Assembly (NCBI GenBank): GCA_951406725.2
Contig: OX597814.1
Span: 223,572,001-223,636,000, forward strand
Reading direction: 5' to 3'
Source: Octopus vulgaris
Lineage: Eukaryota
DNA length: 64,000 nucleotides
Shown piece by piece: positions 40,556-52,012 of this stretch. Below the pieces are notes generated by a model. The model was not told the DNA's origin, searched no databases, and was given only the letters and a program-made list of their open reading frames with translations. The number at the start of each line of letters is the position of its first letter. Position 1 is the first letter of the stretch. The translations under genes were made by a program, and so were the position numbers.

Positions 40556-41746
40556 AACACACATATATGTCTGTGCATGGGCGTATGCATGTGCATATGT
40601 ATGCGTGTTTATGTGTACGTGTGTGTATGTGTGCGTGTCTGTGTGCATGTGTTTGTATGTACATATGTTTGCGCGAGTGTGCTAAAGGAAAATCTCCTAT
40701 GTAGTCTATGTCTCAAGCTCGAAACTCATTCGGTTATTCCTCATATCCAAAATTTCGAACTGTACTGAATAGTTTAGTAATTCATGAATGAATCGATTCA
40801 TATGTTTTGTGTTGTTGTTTTTATATTTTATAGGATGCGCAGCCATGAGACAATGATAATAAAAATTAGGGTGAGCATATGTAACGCAGATTCGACGCAA
40901 ACTCGACATTTTAACAAAATGACGAAAATAATGCTAAGACACTCGGCTGTTTGACATAGAGTAGCTTCTGACAATGTTGTATCTCACTGGGCATCATACT
41001 CCATTAATTCAAACTTAAAGCATATTTCTGTTTAGGTGTTGCCAAGTAATAATGATAAATGTACGACGAATAGAAACGAATAACTTTATTGCTTAACATT
41101 ATTTATTTAAAAAGTGTGGTGCGCAACTCTTTGCAAGATTATAATTTTATTGGCTAACAAGCAAAAATGTAATTGTTAGGAAATTAAATAAGTAGAAGAC
41201 GCCACACCATGAAAAACAATTAGTATGATAGTGTTAAAATATGTCATGCATGAAACGTTTTAGAAACTAATTAGAAATAAATATGGGGTGACAGAAAAAC
41301 GATATTTATCAATTACTAATTTTACACAAGTCTCAGTAGATATAATCCTATCAGATTCTCATCAGGGACAGTCACTGATAAGAAATCGATAGAATAATTT
41401 CTACTTTACCGAAGACTGTGAGCAATCGTTAATAGATGTATGTATGTATGCATGTATGTATAATACGTACATGCATGTACATATGTGTATGTAAACACAT
41501 GCATACACACGGCGCACGCGCATAAAAGCATGTACGCAATTTAAATTGGTTGGCATATGACCCAAATTTAGAATTCCATGCGCATCTTTGTACCTCGATA
41601 GAGCAAATCTACAGGAGAGTCGGTTCATCATTTATTTAAATGCGTCATCTTACACGTGTTTCTGTGAAGAATATGTCCGGACTATACAATCCGAACCAGA
41701 TAATTTTGTCGAGTCTTCTGCTTCATCAGAGATTCTCAGACCTCCA

Positions 41747-41807
<61 letters not shown>

Positions 41808-41821
41808 ATGTATATATATAT

Positions 41822-44740
41822 TTTTTTCTAGTTTCAGCTCAGAGCTGCGGCCATGCTGATGCACCGCCGTTTTGTGCTACACTGTTATTAAGACGAACCT
41901 CGTCTAATATGTGGCACTTGGTGAAGAATGGAGTTTGATACAGCTACTCTTATTTGCACCTCTTGCCGTGAGGTAGGTTCATCTGGGGCTCTTGACAGAA
42001 AGATGTCCAGCTTTGATTTAAAAACCGCTACATCTACTTTGTGCAAGTTCCTCAGACTCTTTGGGAGAATATTAAAAAGCTGTGGGCCCTTGAAACCCAG
42101 GCTGTTGCAGAAGCTGGTCCTGAAGCGTGATGGCATTGCTGGGATCTTTGGCACTATGCAGTGTCGTCCCGTTCTATTACTGGTGTAGCTTACAATGCCA
42201 ACATTTGGCACAATTCCTTCCAGGATCTTCTAGACATATATTACTACATACATCTCCCGTCTTCTCTCCAGGGAGTAGAGTCTTAGCTGTTTCAACCTTT
42301 CCCAGTAGCTGAGCTGTTGCAAAGAGACGATCTTCTTTGTGAATCTTCACTGGATTGCTTCAAGGTCCGCTGTTAATTTTACACTGGTGGGTGACCATAG
42401 CTGTGAGCAGTAATCCAGGCGACTGAGGACGAATGTCCGCCAGAAGACCATCATGGTTTCCTTATCTCTGGTTCTGAATGTTCTTAGGATCCACCCAGCC
42501 AGTCGTCTGCACTTTGTCGCCATCCTTGTAATGTGCACTTGGAAAGAGGTATCATCACTCATGTCGATACCCAGGTCCCTCACAGACTTAGGCTCTGGGA
42601 TTGAAATTCCCTGTGGACCGGTGTATCCTGCAAGTTTAATATTCAGCTTTGGTAGCGCAGGGCCTGGAATTTTTCAGCATTAAACTGCATATTATTATCC
42701 TCAGCCCATCTGTAGATTGAGTCTAACTCCTGCTGCAGGTGTGCAACATCGCTGGGGTTCTGTATTTGCTGTGAGACTTTCGTATCGTCTGCATAGCTGG
42801 CCAGAGTGGCTATCCGGGCATTTGGGGGCCACTATAAAAAGCAGTGGTCCCAAGACAGTGCCCTGTGGAACACCGCTCACTATTTGTGTGTTCATAGAGT
42901 TAGCTCCATTAACCACTACTGCCTGACTCCTATCTTTCAGGAAGTCATGCAACCACACTCCAAGTTTTCCAGCTATGCCGAGGTCACGTAGTTTGTGGCA
43001 TATCATACCATGATCTACCTTGTCAAAAGCTTTTGCAAAATCAAGGTAAATTACGTCCACATTTCATTTGTTGAGTAACTGCCTCAACACCCAGTCATAA
43101 TGCTGTAAGAGCTGGGTCAGGCAGCTCCTACCTGGTCGAAAACCATGCTGGGTATTACTCAGCAAGTTATTTTCCTCAAGGAATGCGATTAGTTTCTTTC
43201 TGACTATCCGTTCCATGTCTTTGCTGATGTGTGAAGTCAGAGAGATAGGCCTATAGTTTTTGGCATCTGCTCTACTTCCCCCTTTATGTATTGGGCATAT
43301 TATTCCCTCCTTCAGCTTGCTTGGCAGTTTGCCATTCGCAAGAAAGCTCTGGAAGAGAATCTTGAGGGGTTTTGCCAGGGCATGCTTACACGCTTTGAGG
43401 AGGATGGCTGGGAAACCGTCTGGACCAGCAGCTGAGTTTGTGTCCACTTCATCTATGGCTAGTAGGACATCTTTTTCGATAATGTCAATACATTCTATTG
43501 TAACCGCCTCGCTGGTTATAGGTGAGGCGGTAAAGAAGTCCACTGGTTCGTTCACTTGTCTGTGTTCCAACGGGGTGATAAAGACACTTTTGAACTGGTC
43601 ATTCAGCATCTCACTGATCATATTTGGACTGTCTGTGAGGGAGCCATCATTTTGGAGGAGGGGTCCTATCTTGTGCACTGAGACTGTTTCTTTCACGTAA
43701 TGAAAGAAGGCCTTTGGGTTTGATGTTTTTTATAACCCAGGCTTCTTTGTCTGCTTTCTCCTTCACATAGGATTGTTGCAGCCTTTTTTCGATCTCCATC
43801 AGTGTTGTTTTTAGGCGGGACGTTTCGCTACTTTTGGGATGTTGGTTTAGACGATTTGCAACCTTCGTCCGTCGTCTCATGAGGATCTTCCTATCTCTTG
43901 GAATCTTGCTCCTATTTGTTTTGGCCTTGTGCTCTGGGACATATTTCTGGCATATGTCTTGCACAGAAGACATGAAACATTCTAGTTTCATGTCAATGTC
44001 TGGTGTGGAGAGACATTCCGGTCAGTCCTCACTGAGGATCTCTTTTTGGGTCGATTTCCAATCTGCTTTGTGGAAGTTCAGATTGGAGAGATTTCGGGTG
44101 CTTCCTTTAGGCTGTGTCTCTGGTTACTTTCGGCCCAAACATAGACAGCTCTATTATGTTGTGATCTGAAACTGATGTCGGTGTCACTTTCACATCATGA
44201 ATGATGTCCATATTGTTCGTGAAGCAGAGATCCAGAATGTTATTTGCCCTTGTTGGCTTGAGTACAACTTGCTCCATGAATAAGGCATTGGTGAGGTTGA
44301 GCAGGGACTCCACCTGTACTTGCTTGCAATGATTCATTCCTGAGAGTATGTGACGGGCCATTTGACGTTGGGGAAGTTGAAATCACCCATAAGAAATATG
44401 GTCACGTGATGTTCCAGATTCATGAGGATTTCTTTAATTCTTGTGAGGCAATATTCAAACTTGCCTATGTGATTTGGGGCATCCGGTGGGCAATATGTAT
44501 TGCATATGACTATATTGTTGTCTTATGTATACAATTAAGGTGTCACATACCGAATTTGAGTATGTCATCAAGACCTGGGGTGTGAGGTCATCTCGGATGT
44601 ATACAGCAACTCCACCATGGCTCCTTTCCCTTCTGTCTGTTCGCAGTATGGCATAGTTTGGTATGTGTACTTCTGCGTCCTCTATATCAGGGTTGAGGTG
44701 AGTTTCCACAAGTGCTATGCATAGGGCTTGATTGCATGCA
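41822..44740 (-). pseudogene. CR1-clade LINE ORF2 (APE endonuclease plus RT), frameshifted, 5'-truncated, 3' tail intact
   Basis: ETHL..GGVAVYI, NILDL..SDH (APE); AAGPDG, NYRPISLTS, QHGFRPGRSC, YLDFAKAFDKVDH, SGVPQGTVLGPLLF, YADD (~42790), DLGI, LDYCSQLWSP. Confidence 0.95.
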
Positions 44741-44741
44741 G

Positions 44742-44792
<51 letters not shown>

Positions 44793-44795
<3 letters not shown>

Positions 44796-45284
44796 TAAAT
44801 CCTCGAGGATAGTCTGCCTTTGAGTATAATACGCAGGGGGTTTTTAGGGGGCTGTACCTCTGAAAAACCTAAACCTTGTGTATAATACACACCCCTTCTC
44901 TAACTTGAGTCAAGGAAGTCCATATAACGCCCTGTGTTTGTAAAAATGTATACAGTAACATCCTTTATTATTATTGTATACATAACATAATGCAAACGTG
45001 TAGCTTTTTTGTGCATTTTGTTTGCAGAAACTACAGAAATAACTGTAATAACGTTTAATAAATGTTGCTTACTGCAAGTTACGGATGATTCTTTTATGAC
45101 TTCATTGCTTTCATTGCGCCCTACATCACAAAATGCATCTGAATAAACATTGTCGGACAGCAAATGGAAACTCGGACATTTCTTAGAAAATATTTTTCAT
45201 TTTTAACCTCGTATATAGTACGCACTAGGGATTTTGACCTTTAAATTTTGGGGGGAAATGCGGATTATACTCGAGGATTTACGG
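44793..45284. mobile_element. Tc1/mariner-superfamily (pogo/Tigger-like) MITE
   Basis: TA|CAGTAAATCCTCGAGGATAGTCTGC ... GCGGATTATACTCGAGGATTTACGG|TA. Confidence 0.85.
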
Positions 45285-45487
45285 TATATATATACATATA
45301 TATATATAGGACGAATATATGTGCATGTGTGTATTTTTGCATATATGTATGTATTAGCAGAATACCCGTCATTCCTCAAGATCAAAAGCGGCTATAGGTT
45401 ATTTTAAATAAGGAATCATTTGTAATTGAAATACATTTAGCTTAACAGAACATCATTAGTTTTCTCTTGATACGTTATGTTTAATAT

Positions 45488-45797
45488 CACGTGATTTTTT
45501 TCGTGACCGACCAGACCATCAGATGTTGTTACACATCGCTGGTCACAATGCGTTCGCATTGTTTTAGCCTTCGAATGACGCCACCCCGCTGGCTAAGCGA
45601 GCAGGCCAACAGACGAAAGAGTGAGAGAAAGAGTGGTGAAAGAGTACAGCAGGGATCACCCCATCCCTGCCGAAGCCTCGTGGAGCTTTTAGGTGTTTTC
45701 GCTCAATAAACACACACGACGCCCGGTCTGGGAATCGAAACCGCGATCCTACGACCGCGAGTCCGCTGCCCTAACCACTGGGCCATTGCGCCTCCAC
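45488..45797 (-). mobile_element. tRNA-derived SINE (OR-like head), family C2, full length with 11-bp TSD
   Basis: Head TGGAGGCGCAATGGCCCAGTGGTTAGGGCAGCGGACTCGCGG..GGTTTCGATTCCC; TSD ATGTTTAATAT at 45477-45487 and 45798-45808. Confidence 0.92.
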
Positions 45798-46144
45798 ATG
45801 TTTAATATAAGAAGTGTAATTGGGATCCAGTACGTTTATAACGGTCTGATGTCTAATCAATCCTACAGATGCACATCCCATATATATAGAACATCTAATT
45901 ATGTAAATGATATAAACGTCATTCAGGAAAATTATATAAGAACAGACGATTAAATAAGATGTAGAAACATTAACGTAATCATTTCGTTTTGATATCCTTT
46001 GATAATTTGGAAAATAAGTAGATGCTCAAGTCTCGGGAAGTAAAGCACACATGGAAATAAAAACATTCATGTGGTGTTGAGAGGAAATATATAGATCGGA
46101 GTGTTGAAGGAGTATCACATGTGGTGATAAAATAATTCTCTTTT

Positions 46145-47185
46145 ATCTTTCATGTTTCACCTGTTTCAATCATTAGAATGCGGCCATGCTGGGGCACCGC
46201 CTTGAAGAATTTTTAGCGAAGTGTATCGACCCCAGATTTTATTTTTTTTAAAGCCTGATACTTGTTCTATCGGTTACAGTTACCGAACCGCTAGGTTATG
46301 GGGATATAAACGCACCAGCAGCGGTTGTCAGTCGATGGTAGAATGGACAAGCACAGACAAAAAGACACACATTCATATATACATATAATTTTTTCTACTC
46401 CAGGCACAAGAACTAACATTTTGGGAGAGGGAGCCAATCGATTAGACCGACCCCAGTACGCAAGTGGTTCTTAATTTATCGACCTCGAAAGGATGAAAGC
46501 AAAGTCGACCTCGGCGGAATTTGAACTCAACATAAAGACAGACAAAATACATATTTCTTTACTACCCACAAGGGACTAAACACAGAGGGGAGAAACAAGG
46601 TCAGGCAAAAGGATTAAGTCGATTACATCGACCCCAGTGCGTAACTTTTTAATCGACCCCGAAAGGCTGAAAGGCAAAGTCAACCTCGGCAGAATTTGAA
46701 CTCAGAACGTAGCGGCAGACAAAATACCGCTAAGCATTTCGCCCGGCGTGCTTACGTTTCTGCCAGCTCACCGCCTTGGTATATATTTATAATGTTAATT
46801 AACGAGAGACAACAGGTAACTTAAACTATGCTGGTGCTCTACTCAACATTTAAACACACTAATCGACTTATACTTCTTTGTCCAAATTATTTATTATTCT
46901 TATTATTACTATTATTATTATTACTACTACTACTACTACTACTATTCTTATTATTACTATTATTATTATTATTATTACTACTACTACTACTATTATTATT
47001 ATTACTATTATTATTATTACATATGACAAGCTGTTTTTCAGTTTACGTCTACAAAATCCACTTACAAGGCTTTAGACGGCCCGCAGCCATAGAAGAAGAC
47101 ACTTTCCCTAGATCCCACACAGTGGGACTGAACCCCGGACCATGTGGTCGCGAAGCGAGCTTCTTACCACACAGCCACGCCTGCG
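46145..47185 (-). mobile_element. SINE family A split into 3' half (46145-46375) and 5' half (47022-47185)
   Basis: Complementary halves in the same orientation, separated by a family B dimer and a (TTA/CTA)n tract. Confidence 0.7.
46390..46777 (-). mobile_element. SINE family B dimer
   Basis: Two tandem AAAGTC.ACCTCGGC.GAATTTGAACTC units joined at ~46550. Confidence 0.88.
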
Positions 47186-47279
47186 TATATTACGTTAAAT
47201 CTTCATTTATACAGTACTTATGTTATATTTGATCTGTATCCTTCATAGCCATAAGAACTTTAAACATAATCGTGTCGAC

Positions 47280-47760
47280 AAAACAGAATATTCAGATTCG
47301 CACTGATCTAAATTATGCTGAAGTGTTACCATGATCATTTTTGCAGCAGACTTTGGCGGCAGACCTGAAGTTTCCAATGAATTGTTAAATTCTGTCGGAC
47401 TGAACTGTTACTTCTTTTTTCTCAACAATGTCTGTTGATTTGAAGGTATTACTAGTTTTTATATATGCCTGCAAAAGATGCCAGTTCATGCTGTCATCCA
47501 CACATTTGTTTGCAGTCACATGTGTATTAATTACTAATGTTACAGCTTGATGAACAACTCTGATGCCAATTTGTAAGCTAGCACTGTGCTGACAAGAATT
47601 GGTTCATGTCAAAATTACCTGACAGCTCATCCTCGAAGAAATTCACTATCATGTTGATACGGAGTTTGAAAAGTCTGTAAACTTCAGTCGAAAGTTTAAG
47701 ACAAGCACGAATTTCATCGGCTTTTGTTTTTTAGAATTACTAGCAGTGTCAGTTAAAACT
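47280..47760 (-). pseudogene. Second, highly degenerate Helitron helicase remnant
   Basis: Minus strand KTKADEIRACLK (~47695-47730) and PTEF.NSLETSGLPP (~47355-47398), collinear with the 32-33 kb remnant. Confidence 0.65.
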
Positions 47761-48126
47761 GAAGTGAGTTGAAAGGTTCACAATATTTTAACTGAATAGT
47801 TAACAGAGCCGTAAAACCTTTTTCTTATTTAAGATAGAAAAGATTCTAATTATGTGGCATCCCTCTGTGCAACATTCCCCAGCAGTTTCTCTCTGTAGGG
47901 GGGAAACATTTCACCAATAACTATTCAAAGAAGTTGAAATAAGCTTGAAAATCCACTTCATCGAGAGGTTGTAAAAAGTAACATTGATTTCCAATGGTGT
48001 CTATAGTATAGTCTCTTGTAAATGCACTATCAAAACTTATTCTAAGTTAGTCTTCTATCGGAATACATTGCATTCTTCGGATCCTTCGTTGTTTTAGGAA
48101 TTGTTAGGACAAAACATGATGGAACC

Positions 48127-48330
48127 TTTTACTTGTTTCAGTCATTTGACTGCGGCCATGCTGGGGCACTGCCTGAAAGGTTTTAGTCAAATCAATCGAC
48201 CGCAGGATATTTTGTTTAGCCTAGTACTTATTCTATCAGTCTCTTTTACCGAACTGCTAGATTACAAATATGTAGACAAACCAGCACTGATTATCAAGCG
48301 ATGATGAGGGACAAGCACAAACACACTGAC
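48127..48330 (-). mobile_element. SINE family A 3' half
   Basis: TTTCAGTCATTTGACTGCGGCCATGCTGGGGCAC tail block. Confidence 0.85.
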
Positions 48331-48339
48331 ACGCGCACT

Positions 48340-48399
<60 letters not shown>

Positions 48400-48425
48400 T
48401 ATATAGATACATATATATACTTATA

Positions 48426-49076
48426 TGATGGCTGCCCCCTCGTTATCGAGTATGGCCATTGCACGAAGCTTAATTGTTATTGGTGCTGTGGTCGAATGTG
48501 ACTTTTATTTGCTTTTTAAGGCTACAGCCAGCCATTCAGTTGAGACTCACAGCATTATCAACAATCATGAACAATGTTGTTATCGTGCAATTCCTGTGCA
48601 GGAAGATTTTTCAAAGTTAGGAAAGGCTGTGGACTGAGTCAATCCCACTCACTAAGCAACAGCAGCCATAATCCGAAAAGAAGAACAAATCAACATCATC
48701 GGTAACCACTGAGCCGCAGGTTTTATGTCGCAGTTATCCCAGTTACCTGAGTTACCACCTTCTCCAAGAAGGATGCTCTAACAAAGGCTAGGAGTCCTTC
48801 ACTTCCAATGGTTTAACCGCGCGATCGGGTATTCAGTCCGATTATTTCTATGTTCCCGCGCAGGATAAGAAAAAAAATTGCACATTTATTGGATGGCCGT
48901 TGACTCTCAAGAGTTCCTCCGCCCTTTGACGGGTTTTGTTTTTCATCCCGCAGGGTGTCCAATAAACACCCTCCTCACCAAGCAAGCTTGGTGGGGTTGC
49001 CGGTTTAGTCGCCGACGGCCCGACCACGCAACAGGTTGTACTGGGTTACATGTTACCAGTAGCACTCGAAAGTGAG
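48426..49076 (-). mobile_element. Non-coding RTE-like element, copy 2
   Basis: Homologous to 31477-32007 with ~130 bp extra at ~48475-48605. Confidence 0.65.
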
Positions 49077-49159
49077 CTTATATATGTTCATATATACATA
49101 TACTTATATATATATATATATGTACATATATATATATGCACACACACAAACACACATAC

Positions 49160-50970
49160 GCAAAACCTTTCCTCCTCCACCTTCACTACCACGTAAAAAT
49201 TCACCTTCTCACACTTCCTTTCCGCTGCTTTCACCCTTCTATTAACCTTTCCCTACTAATATTCAATAAAACATGCTTCTCTAGCCACGTTTCCTTTCTC
49301 AGTCGCTGCCTTCATCCCCGCCTTATCCCAAAAGGTTTCCGCCTCCTTTTCCACCCCACTCTCCACTCTGCTTCAACCATCCTACCCATACTCCGAACTA
49401 CATCCTACTGCCTTATGCGCGCCACCATTCGTTCTAATCTCTCCAAAATACACACCATCGACCGCCTTCTCCGTCTTGCTTTTTCCATCTTCTTCTCCTC
49501 TCAGTGGTCCTCTCAAGCTAACACTACTTTACGTTACATAATTCACTTAAATCATCTCTTTCATCACTTTCTCGCTCACACCAAGCAACGTTAACTTCAC
49601 TCACTCCTCCATTCCATCACACCTGATGCCACTACCCCAACTCCTCCCCTTCTCCCTCACTGATACCTTCCCCTCACCCTCACCAAACCACCCGTCCCTC
49701 CCAAAACACCACCCACATACCCCTCATCCCCTCCTTCCCTGCCTTCCACCACCCCACCACCCCTCCTACTTCAGTCGGTTACCATTCCCTTCTGGCGACT
49801 CCAGTTCGACCCCTCCACTTCGCATATCTTCCCTAACAACCCCTCTCTCCTTCAAATGAGCCCACAACCAATGAGATCTCTTGGTCCACAGCTTCTTCCC
49901 TACCACAACCTCCCAACCCGGCTCGTTCCTCTAACCCCGCCCACGCTGCCGCACTTGCCCTTACCTCACCTCTCCAACTCCACCCTCCTCCCAGGCACCC
50001 ATCATCGACCCTATCATATCACTTGCTTCTTCACCTGCACTTCTAGCAACGTCATATACTGCATCTCTTGCTCTCTCTATCTTTCTCTATACATCGCTCA
50101 AACAGGACGCCGCTTGGCTGACCGATTCCCGAGACATCAGACTCGGCAACAACATCCCGGTCTCACGCCATTTCCGCTCTACCGACCATTCTTTACAACA
50201 CCTGTCTGTGTTTCGATTGTCAATATACACGGGCATCCGGACTCCCGTCTTCGCCGTGAACAAGGATTAATCTTCTCTCTTCGCTCCTTTGCGTCACATG
50301 GGCTCAAATCTCCTCACATCTTCGTCTAACCCTCGTCTTCTCTCCTCTCTTCCTCTCACACCTACTTCCCCCACCCACTTCTCCTCTCTGCTCTTACTCC
50401 TACTTCCCCTCTTGACTGCTACCCACCATCTCCCTTCATCGTCACACCCTCCCCGTTACCCCATCCCTACACATTCCATCCCAACCCACCCCATACCTTA
50501 CACCCCACTCTTGCTTCCACCACTCTCGACTCCCCCACACCACACACCACCACAACACACCACATCACACCATCCCACACACACTAGCACTGACCACTTC
50601 CCAGCACCCACACAATCATCTACACACCTACACATGCACACACGCGCACGTCAAAGCCACCAGCTCCCTTCACACGCACATACACGTTCTCACATACACA
50701 CAAATGTGTACCTTCGTTTTGGGATCATCACTAATTTATTACTTCCTCTTCTTCCTAACTCTCCTGTGTGACCCCTCTGTCCCGCATTTACCATGATAGA
50801 TCGCTAGCCACTAATTTTTTTTTTATTTTCTCTCCCTGTTTATTTCTGTGTTTCTTTCTGTCGAAGTGTGTAGGCTCGAAACGTAAAAGACTTTCCCGAG
50901 CGTTAAATTAATACATCTGTTTGTTGTTTACACACCCGTCTTCATTTTTTGGGGTTTTTTTTGTAAATTC
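49160..50970 (+). mobile_element. Penelope-like element with RT core missing; N-terminus, GIY-YIG remnant and pseudo-LTR retained
   Basis: SHVSFLSRCLHPRLIPKGFRL (N-terminus); FTCTSSNVIYCISCSL..YIAQTGRRLADRF (GIY-YIG); RREQGLIFSL; pseudo-LTR homologous to 2165-2420. Confidence 0.8.
50854..50889 (+). ncRNA. Minimal hammerhead-like motif (CUGUCGA variant)
   Basis: CUUU-CUGUCGA-A-GUGU-GUAG-GCUC-GAAAC-GUA-AAAG. Confidence 0.6.
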
Positions 50971-51021
50971 TTACAAGATATAATATATTGATATATTAAA
51001 ATATATCAAATACGCAATATA

Positions 51022-51842
51022 CGAGGTCTGATCAATAAGTATCCGGACTGTTACGATACTAACGAAGCTAAAGCCCACAGAGTAAAGCCGCTTGGCAAAG
51101 ATTGACCTTAAACTCTGTTGTGCATATGCACTAACTGTAAGCGTTCTTGCTCACTTCCACTGTTTACAGCAGTGCCTGGAAGAAAGGTGTGTAGTGTGTG
51201 ATCGTCGCATTGACCATGACAGAGAAAGTTGTCATGGCGACACCTACTCAGCGGCCTACGCAAAGGTGCAGAAAGTGTATAGAGATGAGTATATGAGCAT
51301 TATACTAGTTTACAAGTGTTTCGGACGTTTCCAAGATGGTCGGAAAAATGTCGATATTGAAGAACTTTCTGGGAGACCCGCAACCAGCAGAACTGAGAAA
51401 AACATCGCAGACGTACGTCCAGTTCTGTGGAGAAATCGTCAAATTACCATCTGTAAGTTATCAGGATTTGGGTATGAGACGCATGTCTGCCAAGGTTGTG
51501 CTAAAGCTGCTTTCAGCTGATCAAAAAGACACTCGGGTTTCATTTGCACAAGATCTCCTTGATTGTGTTGAGAACGATAAAAGCCTTGCGGGTATCACCA
51601 AGCCTTTGGCAAAATTTGATTCAGATTCTCTGCTGAACTTTCTCTGTCGTGGTTAATGCGACGCTCTGACGCTACACACCTTCCTTCCAAGCACTGCTAT
51701 AAACAGTGCAGCGAGCTAGAACGTTAAAACTTAGTGCGCATGCATAACATAGTTAAGGTCAATTTATGCCAAGCCGCTTTACTTTGCGTTTTTTAGCTTC
51801 GTTACTATGGAAACAGTCCCGAGACTTATTGATCAGACCACG
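51022..51842 (+). mobile_element. Mariner-derived non-autonomous element with >200 bp inverted ends and transposase HTH remnant
   Basis: TA|CGAGGTCTGATCAATAAGT ... ACTTATTGATCAGACCACG|TA; VYKCFGRFQDGR..SGRPATS..DLGMRRMSAKVV.KLLSADQK. Confidence 0.92.
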
Positions 51843-51847
51843 TATAT

Positions 51848-52012
51848 TCGACGGGCTTATTTCAGTTTCTATCAACCAAATCCACTGACAAGGCTTTGGT
51901 CGGCTCGACGTCATAGTAGAAGAGACTTGCCCAAGTTGTTACGCATTGTGACTGAACCCGGTATTCCGTGGTTGGAAAGTAAGCTTCTTACCGCAGAGCC
52001 ATGCCTGCGCCT
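51848..52012 (-). mobile_element. SINE family A 5' half
   Basis: CCAAATCCACTGACAAGGCTTTGGTCGG..GACTTGCCCAAG..GACTGAACCCGG. Confidence 0.8.

Noticed and set aside
41320-41370. Hammerhead-like CUGAUGAG...GAGAC-UUGU-GUA on the minus strand
   Set aside because: GAAA box broken and no stem I pairing
45356-45385. Helitron-like 3' end (GACGGGTATTCTGCTAAT on the minus strand)
   Set aside because: Hairpin decayed and no matching 5' end identified
45720-45797. tRNA-like sequence (also at 34561 and 54940-55013)
   Set aside because: Continues into SINE bodies, one with a TSD; these are SINE heads, not tRNA genes
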